Positions 27,645 to 37,667 of a stretch of 64,000 bases of DNA are shown piece by piece. Both the position numbers and the translations under genes were made by a program. Position 1 is the stretch's first letter; each line of letters starts with the position of its first letter. Below the pieces are notes generated by a model. The model did not search any database. It was not told the origin of the DNA and was given only the letters and a program-made list of their open reading frames with translations. Location of the stretch: assembly GCA_947085525.1 (NCBI GenBank), contig CAMTWU010000003.1, positions 25,866 to 89,865 on the forward strand, given 5' to 3'. This stretch comes from an uncultured Candidatus Saccharibacteria bacterium (GTDB taxonomy: Bacteria; Patescibacteriota; Saccharimonadia; Saccharimonadales; Saccharimonadaceae).

Positions 27645-28664
27645 TTGGCGAAAACAAAAGTAGCAATTAACGGTTTCGGTAGAATAGGCCGCAATGCATT
27701 CAAAATTGCATTTGAACGTACAGATTTAGAGATTGTAGCGATCAATGATTTGACTGATACAAAGACATTAGCCCATCTGTTAAAGCACGACAGTTCGTAT
27801 GGTACATATCAGCACGAAGTGAGCTCAGACGATGACCATGTGATCGTTGATGGCCAGCCTATCAAAATTTTGGCTGAAAAAGAACCTAGTAGTTTACCTT
27901 GGGGTGATTTGGGCGTCGAAGTCGTTATTGAATGTACAGGATTTTTCGTCAAACCTGAACTAGCCAAAGCTCATATAGACGGCGGTGGTGCTAAAAAGGT
28001 TGTTATTTCAGCCCCTGCAAAAGGCGATGGTGCAGATACGATCGTACTAGGTGTGAACGAAGATAAAATCGCGACCGCAACTGATGTCGTGTCTAACGCT
28101 AGTTGTACAACAAACTGTATCACCCCTGTTATGGCGGTTCTAGAGAGCAACTTTGGTATCGAAAAAGCCATGATGACAACTGTGCACAGCTACACTTCTG
28201 ATCAACGTCTACAGGATTCTCCGCACAATGACCCGCGTCGAACACGAGCCGCGGCCGCAAACATCATACCTACAAGTACGGGAGCAAGTATCGCAGCTGG
28301 TGAAGCACTTCCGGCAGTGAAAGGTAATTTTGGAGGTCTATCCCTAAGGGTACCTACTCCGGTTGTAAGTCTGAGTGATTTTGTTGTACTGATAAAGCGC
28401 GACACAACTGTTGATGAAATCAAAGAAGTGTTTAAAAAAGCTGCCAAAGAGCCATTTTACCAAGGCATCTTGGCTGTGACAGAAGAAGAACTAGTTTCTA
28501 GCGACTTCAAGGGTAATTCGCACAGCGCGATAGTCGATCTGAACCTGACAAATGTCGTCGGTGGCAACTTGATCAAAGTTGTCGCATGGTATGACAACGA
28601 ATGGGGTTATAGTAACCGATTGGTAGAATTGACAGCAGACATCGGTCGAACGTTGCAGAGCTAA
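27645..28664 (+). CDS. gap: Type I glyceraldehyde-3-phosphate dehydrogenase
   Basis: TTG start behind SD aggagtggg. Diagnostic motifs are INGFGRIGR and the active site SNASCTTNC. Confidence 0.95.
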   Translation: MAKTKVAINGFGRIGRNAFKIAFERTDLEIVAINDLTDTKTLAHLLKHDSSYGTYQHEVSSDDDHVIVDGQPIKILAEKEPSSLPWGDLGVEVVIECTGFFVKPELAKAHIDGGGAKKVVISAPAKGDGADTIVLGVNEDKIATATDVVSNASCTTNCITPVMAVLESNFGIEKAMMTTVHSYTSDQRLQDSPHNDPRRTRAAAANIIPTSTGASIAAGEALPAVKGNFGGLSLRVPTPVVSLSDFVVLIKRDTTVDEIKEVFKKAAKEPFYQGILAVTEEELVSSDFKGNSHSAIVDLNLTNVVGGNLIKVVAWYDNEWGYSNRLVELTADIGRTLQS

Positions 28665-28694
28665 GCCAAAACGCTTATACTAATAGGTAGAATT

Positions 28695-29147
28695 ATGAAG
28701 ATATTTTTGGGTAGTGATCACAATGGATTTCATCTAAAGGAAGATGTGTTTGCTTATTTGGTCAAGCGTGGCCATGAAGTTGAAGATGTTGGTGACGAAG
28801 TTCTAGATAAAGAGGATGATTTTCCAGAGTTTGCCGCCAAAGCTGCTATCAAAGTTTTGGGCAGTGAAATTGAAGATACAAGAGCAATTTTATTATGTGG
28901 TGGTGCCCAAGGTATGAGCATGGCAGCTAATCGATTCGACGGCATCCGTGCTAGCGTTGTCTGGGATGCGCACGAGGCCAAGATCACTCGCAACGATAAT
29001 GACAGTAACATTTTGTGTCTACCAGCTCGCATACTAGATGGCGAGCCAGACGAGTGGAAAGATATAATCGACACATGGCTAACTACGCCGTTTGCCAATG
29101 CAGAGCGGTATCGCCGACGTAATCACCAATTGGATAATCTACGATGA
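28695..29147 (+). CDS. rpiB: Ribose-5-phosphate isomerase B (RpiB/LacAB family)
   Basis: MKIFLGSDHNGFHLKE...LLCGGAQGMSMAANR...NILCLPAR. Confidence 0.9.
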   Translation: MKIFLGSDHNGFHLKEDVFAYLVKRGHEVEDVGDEVLDKEDDFPEFAAKAAIKVLGSEIEDTRAILLCGGAQGMSMAANRFDGIRASVVWDAHEAKITRNDNDSNILCLPARILDGEPDEWKDIIDTWLTTPFANAERYRRRNHQLDNLR

Positions 29148-29812
29148 GTATAGTTGTACCAGCCCTATTAGGCCAAACAAAGGAAGAACTCGATACATTG
29201 TGGTTGCGCGTGCAGCCGTTTGCTAATCGTGTGCATATAGATATGATGGACGGACAATTTGCGCCAGGCAATAGTGCGACTCCGACAGATTTGTCATGGT
29301 CAGAAGGTTGGGAAGTCGATATCCATCTGATGTATCAACAACCCATGGAGCAATTACCGGCGATTGTTGCGATGAACCCAAAGCCAAGTCTGGTTGTGTT
29401 TCACGCTGAAGCTGAAGGTGATCTGTTAGCATTTGCCAAAGGTTTGCAAGATGCAGGTATCAAAGCTGGTGTCGCATTGATGCGCTCAACTGTACCAGAG
29501 GATAAAAAAGACTTGATTGCAGTAGTTAATCACGTGTTGATCTTTAGTGGTGATTTGGGCAAATATGGCGGAAAAGCTAACATGCTACAACTCGAAAAAG
29601 TCCAGCTCATACGTAAATTGAACGAGACAGCTGAAATAGGCTGGGACGGCGGTGCAAATGTTGATAACTCCTATACTCTGGCTCTCGGCGGTATAGACGT
29701 GATCAATGTAGGTAGTGCGCTAGCTAGTGCAGATTACCCGGGCGAAGTATATCGTAAATTTGATTTTGAGGTGCATCGCAAAGATGTGCTAAAGAAGAAA
29801 GCAGAAGAGTAG
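29144..29812 (+). CDS. rpe: Ribulose-phosphate 3-epimerase-like protein
   Basis: 222 aa TIM-barrel pattern with HIDMMDGQFAPG near the N-terminus. It is more divergent than the other operon members. Confidence 0.7.
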   Translation: MSIVVPALLGQTKEELDTLWLRVQPFANRVHIDMMDGQFAPGNSATPTDLSWSEGWEVDIHLMYQQPMEQLPAIVAMNPKPSLVVFHAEAEGDLLAFAKGLQDAGIKAGVALMRSTVPEDKKDLIAVVNHVLIFSGDLGKYGGKANMLQLEKVQLIRKLNETAEIGWDGGANVDNSYTLALGGIDVINVGSALASADYPGEVYRKFDFEVHRKDVLKKKAEE

Positions 29813-29818
29813 GCGATT

Positions 29819-30700
29819 ATGGGTGGGCAACTAACAACCAAGCAACTGGAGCAAAAAGCCGAGACAATCCGCGAGGATATCATCACTATGCTCGAGGAAG
29901 CCGGTTCGGGCCACAGTGCTGGTCCATTAGGGCTTGCTGATATATTTGCTGCACTGTATTTCGATATCCTAAAGATCGATCCTACTAATCCTGATTGGCC
30001 AGAGCGCGACAGACTACTATTATCAAACGGACACTGTGTTCCAGTGCAGTATGCGTCTATGGCGGAAGCAGGATACTTTGATCGCGAGGAATTGATGACC
30101 CTGCGCAAGTTAGGTTCCCGCCTGCAAGGTCACCCCGAGCGCGAAAAATTACCAGGATTAGAAACAACTTCTGGCCCACTGGGGTCTGGGTTATCACAGG
30201 CGGCTGGCATGGCATACGTGATTGAAAAAATCGATAAATTAAAAGACCAATGGGTCTATGTTGTCATGGGCGACGGCGAGTTGGACGAAGGCAATATTTG
30301 GGAAGCAGCAATGTTTGCTGGCAAGAACAAGCTACACAATCTAATTGGTATTATTGATCGCAACAACATCCAGATTGATGGACCAACCGAGACCGTCATG
30401 CCACTGGAAGATCTAAAAGGTAAATGGGAAGCATTTGGTTGGCATGTTCAGGAAATCGATGGAAATAATATCGAGAGCATAATTGACGCTGCTGCCATAG
30501 CTCGCTCTATCACTAACCGACCATCAGTCATAATTGCACACACCATTCCTGGTAAGGGTGTTGATTTCATGGAATATGATTATCACTGGCATGGTTATTT
30601 TGTCAATACCCCTGGCGGTCCACCAAAGAATGAAGTTGCGCGCGAAGCATTGAAAAAGCTACGCAGCCTCAATGGCAAGATCACAGGAGAGCACGAATGA
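29819..30700 (+). CDS. Transketolase, N-terminal (thiamine-diphosphate-binding) subunit
   Basis: SGHSAGPLGLADIFAALY...LSNGH...GSRLQGHPE...GDGELDEGNIWEA. Confidence 0.9.
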   Translation: MGGQLTTKQLEQKAETIREDIITMLEEAGSGHSAGPLGLADIFAALYFDILKIDPTNPDWPERDRLLLSNGHCVPVQYASMAEAGYFDREELMTLRKLGSRLQGHPEREKLPGLETTSGPLGSGLSQAAGMAYVIEKIDKLKDQWVYVVMGDGELDEGNIWEAAMFAGKNKLHNLIGIIDRNNIQIDGPTETVMPLEDLKGKWEAFGWHVQEIDGNNIESIIDAAAIARSITNRPSVIIAHTIPGKGVDFMEYDYHWHGYFVNTPGGPPKNEVAREALKKLRSLNGKITGEHE

Positions 30701-31695
30701 GCAATTATCCATTGAATCCAAAACTACACGACCAAGATGTCGAGCAAGAGCCGATCCGCGCTGGGTTCGGTCGTGGACTCAAGACTGCTGGCGAGCAAAA
30801 TGATCAGATTGTTGCCCTATGCGCTGACCTGACTGACTCGACCCAGATGAACCATTTTCGTGATGCATTTCCTGAACGATTTATCGAAATTGGTGTTGCC
30901 GAGCAAAACCTCGTGACGGTTGCTAGTGGTATGGCTGCAATGGGCAAGATCCCATTCACATCTAGTTATGCTGCATTCAGTCCAGGGCGCAACTGGGAAC
31001 AAATACGGACAACGATATGTCTCAACAATCAGCCCGTCAAAGTAGTTGGCTCGCATGCGGGGGTGAGTGTTGGGCCAGACGGTGCGACTCACCAGATGTT
31101 AGAAGACATTGCCTTGATGCGAGTATTGCCAAATATGGTCGTGATCGCACCTGGTGATTCTGTTGAGGCCGAGAAAGCTACCTTGGCGCTTGCTAGCGAT
31201 AGTCGCCCTGCATATTTACGACTAGCTCGCGAAAAAACACCAGTATTTAGTACCGATGAGTCACCATTCGAGATAGGCAAAGCCTACGTACTGCGTGAAG
31301 GACGCGATATTACGCTACTAGGAACAGGAACGATGACATATCAGCTGCTGGTTGCGGCTGATATATTAGCCCAGGAAGGTATCGAGGCAGAAGTTGTCCA
31401 TGTACCAACGATCAAACCGCTGGATGACGAGACTATACTAGGATCATTACGTAAAACTGGACGGGCGCTAACTGCCGAAGAAGGTCAAAGAAGTGGCGGC
31501 TTCGGCGGAGCGGTATCTGAACTGTTGAGCTCGAAACTACCAATGCCTTTGAAGCGTATCGGTATGAGAGATCGTTTCGGCGAGAGTGGTGAACCGACAG
31601 AACTACTGCAAAAGTTTGAGCTTACCAGCGACGCTATCGTATACAAAGCTCGAACATTTGTTCACAGCATACCGCAATATAAACAGGGATTTTAG
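30697..31695 (+). CDS. Transketolase, C-terminal (pyrimidine-binding) subunit
   Basis: FIEIGVAEQNLVTVASGMA...GPDGATHQMLEDIALMR. ATGA overlap with the N-terminal subunit gene. Confidence 0.9.
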   Translation: MSNYPLNPKLHDQDVEQEPIRAGFGRGLKTAGEQNDQIVALCADLTDSTQMNHFRDAFPERFIEIGVAEQNLVTVASGMAAMGKIPFTSSYAAFSPGRNWEQIRTTICLNNQPVKVVGSHAGVSVGPDGATHQMLEDIALMRVLPNMVVIAPGDSVEAEKATLALASDSRPAYLRLAREKTPVFSTDESPFEIGKAYVLREGRDITLLGTGTMTYQLLVAADILAQEGIEAEVVHVPTIKPLDDETILGSLRKTGRALTAEEGQRSGGFGGAVSELLSSKLPMPLKRIGMRDRFGESGEPTELLQKFELTSDAIVYKARTFVHSIPQYKQGF

Positions 31696-31703
31696 GAGGG
31701 AAT

Positions 31704-32615
31704 ATGGCACTGACAATTAGCGAAATTCGAGATCGTACAACTAGAGCCCGACATCTAATGCAGCGATCCAGACAGCAAAAGTTCGCTGTAGGTGCGTTTA
31801 ATATCGATAATCAAGAAACCTTGATTGCGGTGTCTCGAGCTGCACAAAAGCTCAACTCACCGGTATTGGTAGAAGTTAGTGATGGTGAAGTAAAGGCACT
31901 AGGTCTCGATAATATACGTGATATGGTTGATAACTACCGCGAAGAATACGGTGTCGAGATGTATATCAACCTCGACCATGCACCAACGGTTGAGGCTTGC
32001 AAGCGCGCGATTGATGCTGGCTTTGAGTTTATACATATTGATGTGTCTCAGGCGAATCACGATGCAACGACCGAAGAAATCATCGCCGCAACCAAAGAAG
32101 TCGTCGAGTATGCCAAATTTACTGGCGCACTAGTAGAAAGCGAGCCACATTATTTTGGTGGTAGCTCAAATGTTTACGAAGAGGAAATTGACTACGATGA
32201 AATCAAAAAGACTTTTTCAACCGTTGAAGGTACAAAATCATTCGTAGATGCAACGGGTATCGATACATTTGCCGCAGCTATCGGTAATTTGCATGGTAAA
32301 TATCCTGTACCAAAAGTTCTGGATCTAGAGTTACTGCAACGATTGCGCGACAGTATAGACTGCCAAATATCCTTGCATGGCGGCTCAGGAACTCCACTCA
32401 ATTTCTTTGAACGTGCAGCACAGATAGGTGTTAGCAAGATCAATATTAACAGCGACATGAGATTCGCTTTTCGTGAAACCCTAGAAAAAGTCCTAGCCGA
32501 TAACCCAAAGGAATTTGCGATTGTAAAACTAATGCCAACCGTATATGAAGCTGTCCAAGTAGTAGTCGAAGAAAAAATAAAAGCCTTTGGCAGTGAAGGA
32601 AAGGCAGTTGTCTAA
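31704..32615 (+). CDS. fba: Class II fructose-bisphosphate (ketose-bisphosphate) aldolase
   Basis: FAVGAFNIDNQE...NLDHA...IHIDVS...GNLHG...LHGGSG pattern. Confidence 0.85.
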   Translation: MALTISEIRDRTTRARHLMQRSRQQKFAVGAFNIDNQETLIAVSRAAQKLNSPVLVEVSDGEVKALGLDNIRDMVDNYREEYGVEMYINLDHAPTVEACKRAIDAGFEFIHIDVSQANHDATTEEIIAATKEVVEYAKFTGALVESEPHYFGGSSNVYEEEIDYDEIKKTFSTVEGTKSFVDATGIDTFAAAIGNLHGKYPVPKVLDLELLQRLRDSIDCQISLHGGSGTPLNFFERAAQIGVSKININSDMRFAFRETLEKVLADNPKEFAIVKLMPTVYEAVQVVVEEKIKAFGSEGKAVV

Positions 32616-33576
32616 ACTACCAACTATTCTGGCTATCGGCAAGGCGACACAGGATGTCTTTTTGAAAAGTTCTAAAAATTTTGTAGCTCATAAAAGCAAG
32701 GGTGTTCGCTACGAGCAGTTGCCATTAGGTAAGAAACTAGATCTAGACGAGGTAATATTCGCAACTGGTGGTAACGTGACGAATGCAGCGGTGACTTTTG
32801 CCAGGCAAGGGCTCAATAGTAAATATATGTGGGCGCTTGGCAATGATGTCTCGTCCGAAGCGATCTTGAAAGATCTGGATAACGAAGCGGTAGAAACTTC
32901 TGGAGTTGTGCAGGACGAACAATATCGTGCCAGCTACTCGACAATACTACTAGCGAATGATGGTGAACGAACTATTCTGAATTACAAAGGCACCAAACTG
33001 GCCAGCAACGGCCACCCTTTAGATCTCGACGCTATTGAGCATGCCGATTGGGTATATCTGTCAGCACTGGGCGATATGAAGCTACTAGAAAAAATCGTGA
33101 CGTTAGCCGCGAGGTACGATACAAAAGTCATGCTAAACCCTGCAGGTGCGGAGCTAAAGGAAAAACACAAACTCAGAAGCTTGTTAGACGATGTGGCTAT
33201 TCTAGCGGTTAATAAAGAAGAGGCACAGCAAATAGTCAGCGGCCAAGCGCTAGAAGAATTGTTGCGACATGCAACCAATCTATGTTCGGTTGTGATAATT
33301 TCAGATGGTCCGAATGGTGTGATTGCAACTGATAGCAAAGAAATTGTGCGTGCTGGGATGTACGAAGATGTCCCGGTTATCGACCGGACTGGTGCTGGCG
33401 ATGCATTTGGTTCGGGCTTTTTGAGCCAATGGTCACAGGGCAAGACATTGCAAGAGTCTATTATATTTGCCAGTGCCAATTCTACCTCTGTTGTGACTAA
33501 AATTGGTGCCAAAGAAGGAATATTACATAAGGGCGCCAAATTACACCACATGCCAATCGATACAAAGCCATTTTAA
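32587..33576 (+). CDS. PfkB-family carbohydrate/phosphosugar kinase
   Basis: GGNVTNAAVTFARQG and the C-terminal DRTGAGDAFGSGF motif. The track start is a TTG at 32587. A TTG at 32608 (MSKLPTILAIGKA) behind GAAGGA is an equally plausible start. Confidence 0.8.
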   Translation: MAVKERQLSKLPTILAIGKATQDVFLKSSKNFVAHKSKGVRYEQLPLGKKLDLDEVIFATGGNVTNAAVTFARQGLNSKYMWALGNDVSSEAILKDLDNEAVETSGVVQDEQYRASYSTILLANDGERTILNYKGTKLASNGHPLDLDAIEHADWVYLSALGDMKLLEKIVTLAARYDTKVMLNPAGAELKEKHKLRSLLDDVAILAVNKEEAQQIVSGQALEELLRHATNLCSVVIISDGPNGVIATDSKEIVRAGMYEDVPVIDRTGAGDAFGSGFLSQWSQGKTLQESIIFASANSTSVVTKIGAKEGILHKGAKLHHMPIDTKPF

Positions 33577-33621
33577 TCTGGTATAATCATAAGCATATAT
33601 ATGAGGGTGGATACATAAAAA

Positions 33622-35631
33622 ATGTCAAAATTTCTACGTGATTTATTAGATGCCGAGGAACCACTCTTTGGCTTGAGTCTACGTGATCTAGAAAAAGCCA
33701 GCGGTAAACAAGGTGTTGATGCTAGGTTGATTGCTGATATTACCCAAGAGACTCATCAAGCTATCCGTGAGCTAGGGTTAGATCACAAAAATACCACGGG
33801 CAAAGAATTTTACCAAGCATTGATGGCGCGCGTAGCAAGCGATAACGAACGGGTGACTAAAATTGTTGGCGGAACAGATAGTGATGACGTGCGCCAAATG
33901 GTTCCGCTGCTAGTAGCTGCAGCTAACAAAGTAAAATTCAATCGCAAAGTTTTTGTACTAAAACACGACAAAGCCAAAGATTTGCTGCGACAAATGCCAC
34001 CGAAAAAACTGATGCAACGGCTAGGCTACGATAATATCGAAGATTTATTTGGAGGTGAGAATTTTTCCGAGCTCTATACTGCCCTGCGGTTTTCCGAAGG
34101 CGCAGATTGGCTAAATGAATATAATGAGCTGTTCAAGACTGTCGCGGCTGATGATTACGAAGAGCGTGATATCGAAATTGTTGTGATGGATCATGACAAA
34201 TATGTCGATCTGGCCGAACATTTTGTTGAGAAAAAGCTACATAACGTGACCCATACCAAAGAGCTGGGCGTAATAGTTGTTGTTCCGATGCACGCAAAGC
34301 GCATCAAAGGTCTGACACTCAAAACATTGCCACTACTCTTTCATTACCTGAACGAAGTGAAACTGTATTCGACTTTCTTTAAGCTAAAGTCCAAAACAGC
34401 CAAGCAATTTGGCGAGACTGTGATGGAAACATTGATAGCCGATCCTGCAAAGGCCGCCTCGATCTCGGGCAGGCACGTACACTGGCGAGTTATTCAGCGG
34501 TATTTTGGCAAACTAAAGGACGAGAGTCACCTAGAAGCATTTGAACCACATGTTCAACCCGAGGATCTACATTGGCGCCGTGCCGAGGATCTACTGTATC
34601 AGATAGATCCTGAAATGAAATTTTACAAAAGCCGCGACTGGGTTGGTATGATGTACGATGGCAGTCCCGTGACACTCAATTTTGTCGATATCGCCCTCGG
34701 TTATTCAAATGATATTAGCTACGAAGATCGTTATGTGTATCATTTCCGTGAGAGCTTGTGGAACGAAATATTTGCCCGTTATATGGGTATGCCTAACCTG
34801 AGAGAGCAAGTGCTGAATCAATTAGATAATGATATGATTGCACCCGAAAAGCTCGGTACAGGTAAAAAAAAACGAGCTAAGTCTGCAGAGTCGGAAGCTG
34901 CACCCTACTGCCCAACGGCGTTGATCGAACAAAACAAGCTGAATCATTTGCTGGTTCGCGAAAAGCTAGTCGATGCAGCCGCTGGTAAATTGATAGGTGT
35001 TATAGACGAGTTCGAAAAAGCTTTTGAAGTACTAGGTAAATACCCTAGGACGGTGACTGTATTTGGATCGGCTAGGTTACCTCAAAATCATCCAGCTTGC
35101 AAAGCCGCTTATGAGCTAACCAAGAAAATTGCCCAGGAAGATTATGCGATTGTCACAGGCGGCGGCCACGGCATCATGGAAGCCGCGAATCATGCTGCCT
35201 ATGATATTGGTACTGGATCTGTCGGCCTTAATATCGAATTGCCGACCGAGCAAAGTCTCAACAAATATACGACCGATCATTACACGTTCGAACATTTCTT
35301 TAGCCGCAAGGTCGCATTGACTTTTGACGCTAGCGGATACGTATTTTGCGCAGGAGGTTTCGGGACACTAGATGAGTTATTTGAGATAACTACCCTAGCA
35401 CAAACTGGCATCATACCTCGTGCGCCAATCATTCTATATGGCAGTGACTTTTGGAATCCACTAGCTGACTACATACAACACACACTGAATGAAAAATTTG
35501 GAACTATTGGTCCTGATGATCCCAAGCTGCATATTATTACTGACGATCCATTAGAGATTATTGCTTATATCGAGGCATATGAAAGCGGTCGACCAAGCTT
35601 TGCAAACCACTCGAGCGTACATCCGCTATAA
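33622..35631 (+). CDS. Fusion protein: unknown N-terminal region of about 450 aa plus a C-terminal LOG/TIGR00730 (nucleotide N-ribohydrolase) domain
   Basis: The C-terminal 200 aa carries VTVFGSARL...TGGGHGIMEAAN...GGFGTLDELFE, which are the LOG-family motifs. The N-terminal part has no motif I recognise. Confidence 0.75.
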   Translation: MSKFLRDLLDAEEPLFGLSLRDLEKASGKQGVDARLIADITQETHQAIRELGLDHKNTTGKEFYQALMARVASDNERVTKIVGGTDSDDVRQMVPLLVAAANKVKFNRKVFVLKHDKAKDLLRQMPPKKLMQRLGYDNIEDLFGGENFSELYTALRFSEGADWLNEYNELFKTVAADDYEERDIEIVVMDHDKYVDLAEHFVEKKLHNVTHTKELGVIVVVPMHAKRIKGLTLKTLPLLFHYLNEVKLYSTFFKLKSKTAKQFGETVMETLIADPAKAASISGRHVHWRVIQRYFGKLKDESHLEAFEPHVQPEDLHWRRAEDLLYQIDPEMKFYKSRDWVGMMYDGSPVTLNFVDIALGYSNDISYEDRYVYHFRESLWNEIFARYMGMPNLREQVLNQLDNDMIAPEKLGTGKKKRAKSAESEAAPYCPTALIEQNKLNHLLVREKLVDAAAGKLIGVIDEFEKAFEVLGKYPRTVTVFGSARLPQNHPACKAAYELTKKIAQEDYAIVTGGGHGIMEAANHAAYDIGTGSVGLNIELPTEQSLNKYTTDHYTFEHFFSRKVALTFDASGYVFCAGGFGTLDELFEITTLAQTGIIPRAPIILYGSDFWNPLADYIQHTLNEKFGTIGPDDPKLHIITDDPLEIIAYIEAYESGRPSFANHSSVHPL

Positions 35632-35638
35632 TAGTAGG

Positions 35639-37603
35639 ATGACAAAGTTCAAGTTAGTGACAAAATATCAGCCAACAGGTGATCAGCCTGCTGCTATTGC
35701 TCAATTGATTGATGGACTAGAAAAGGGCGAAAAGGAACAAACACTGCTGGGTGTAACTGGTAGTGGCAAGACGTTTACTATGGCAAATATTATTGCCAAT
35801 CGTCAGACGCCGACATTGGTGCTAGCACATAACAAAACGTTGGCTGCACAGCTGTATAGTGAGTTCAAATCATTTTTCCCTGAAAATGAAGTTCATTATT
35901 TTGTTAGCTACTTTGACTACTACCAACCCGAAGCCTATATAGCCAGCCGCGATGTCTATATCGAAAAAGACAGCAAGATCAACGAAGAGATCGATAAGTT
36001 GCGGCATGCAGCTACTGCTGCACTGCTAACTGGGCGTGATGTGATCATTGTTGCTAGTGTCAGCTGTATTTACGGCATCGGCTCACCAGAAGCCTACAAT
36101 CAAATGTCAGTCACTGTTAAAAAGAGCGAAAGACGTTCGCTAGATAAATTCGTTCGACATTTAACAGATATCCAATATCAACGAAATGATATTGATTTTT
36201 CTCGCGGCACATTTCGTCAACGTGGTGATATCATCGACGTGTTTCCTGCGGGCGGTGACAACGCCTATCGCATAGAGTTCTTTGGTGACGAAGTCGAAAA
36301 TATCAGTGAGATCAATCCACTAACTGGTGAAATTTTGCGCAGGCCCAGCGAAGTACATATCTTCCCGAGCTCGCACTACGTCACGCCAAAGGAAAAGCTA
36401 TCTCATGCTTTGACAGGTATTAAAAAAGAGTTTGAACAGCAGGTGCAACACTTTGAAAAAGCCGGTAAATTCCTAGAAGCCCAACGCCTGACGCAGCGTA
36501 CAAAATACGATATCGAAATGCTAGAAGAAACAGGGTTTGTCAAAGGTATCGAAAACTACAGTCGCTATCTAACCGATCGCGAGCCGGGCGCACAGCCGGC
36601 AACATTGATAGACTATTTCCCTGATGATTGGCTGTTGATGGTCGACGAATCACACATGAGCCTGCCACAGGTACGTGGTATGTATAATGGCGATCGAGCT
36701 CGCAAAGAGACTTTGGTCGAACACGGTTTTCGTATGCCTAGCGCACTCGACAACCGTCCACTACGTTTTGACGAGTTCAATAATCATATCAATCAAGCAA
36801 TCTATGTATCGGCGACCCCGAGCGACTATGAGCTAGAGCATTCACCTCCTCCTGCGCAGCAGGTTATTCGTCCAACTGGACTAGTCGACCCAGTGATCGA
36901 CATTCGTTCCTCTGAAGGCCAAGTTGATGATTTGATTGCCGAGATCCGTGAGCGTATAGAAAAACACCAACGAGTTCTGGTAACAACCCTAACCAAACGT
37001 ATGGCCGAAGATCTGACAGAGCATTTACAAGAACTCGATATCAAAACTGCCTATATTCATAGTGACATTGACACGTTGGAGCGTGGGGATATACTGAAAT
37101 CACTACGACTAGGCGAGTTTGATGTGCTGGTCGGTATTAACTTGCTGCGTGAAGGTTTGGACTTGCCAGAGGTTAGTTTGGTAGCAATCATCGACGCCGA
37201 CAAAGAAGGTTTCCTGCGTAGCGCCAGTGCGCTGATACAAACAATCGGTCGTGCAGCCAGGCATCTAGATGGAAAAGTCATCATGTATGCCGATCACGAA
37301 ACCGATTCTATGAAAAAAGCGATCGGCGAAACCAACCGCCGCCGCAAGATCCAAGAAGACTACAATACCGAGCACAACATCACACCCGAGAGTATCGCCA
37401 AAGAAATTAGCGAAGGCTTGCGGGCGATCATACCAGAAAAAGACAAAGGTCCAACGCTGAAACTAAGCAAGATACCAAAAGATGAATACCCACACCTATT
37501 AAAAGAACTAACAGGTCAAATGGAACTCGCCAGCGCCAACTTAGAATTTGAAAAAGCCGCTGAACTACGTGATTCGATAGAGGAAATAAAAGCAAAAATG
37601 TAA
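35639..37603 (+). CDS. uvrB: Excinuclease ABC subunit B
   Basis: MTKFKLVTKYQPTGDQPAAI...GVTGSGKTFT...C-terminal UVR motif. The start is moved to the ATG at 35639, because the upstream extension overlaps the previous gene. Confidence 0.95.
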   Translation: MTKFKLVTKYQPTGDQPAAIAQLIDGLEKGEKEQTLLGVTGSGKTFTMANIIANRQTPTLVLAHNKTLAAQLYSEFKSFFPENEVHYFVSYFDYYQPEAYIASRDVYIEKDSKINEEIDKLRHAATAALLTGRDVIIVASVSCIYGIGSPEAYNQMSVTVKKSERRSLDKFVRHLTDIQYQRNDIDFSRGTFRQRGDIIDVFPAGGDNAYRIEFFGDEVENISEINPLTGEILRRPSEVHIFPSSHYVTPKEKLSHALTGIKKEFEQQVQHFEKAGKFLEAQRLTQRTKYDIEMLEETGFVKGIENYSRYLTDREPGAQPATLIDYFPDDWLLMVDESHMSLPQVRGMYNGDRARKETLVEHGFRMPSALDNRPLRFDEFNNHINQAIYVSATPSDYELEHSPPPAQQVIRPTGLVDPVIDIRSSEGQVDDLIAEIRERIEKHQRVLVTTLTKRMAEDLTEHLQELDIKTAYIHSDIDTLERGDILKSLRLGEFDVLVGINLLREGLDLPEVSLVAIIDADKEGFLRSASALIQTIGRAARHLDGKVIMYADHETDSMKKAIGETNRRRKIQEDYNTEHNITPESIAKEISEGLRAIIPEKDKGPTLKLSKIPKDEYPHLLKELTGQMELASANLEFEKAAELRDSIEEIKAKM

Positions 37604-37613
37604 AAAAACAGCC

Positions 37614-37649
37614 CCGGTGTCTCAAATTTCTTTCGAGACGAAACACCGG
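37614..37649. terminator. Imperfect hairpin between convergent uvrB and a minus-strand membrane protein gene
   Basis: CCGGTGTCTC...GAGAC-gaa-ACACCGG, preceded by an A run and so usable from either strand. It is not a textbook terminator. Confidence 0.4.
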
Positions 37650-37667
37650 AGCCTTGCGCGGTTTGTT

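Noticed and set aside
35561-35638. The upstream extension of uvrB, and likewise 49874-50020 for the SpoU methyltransferase and 38088-38165 for the membrane protein.
   Set aside because: The extensions overlap neighbouring genes or promoters and add non-homologous residues. Internal ATGs coincide with the conserved N-termini.
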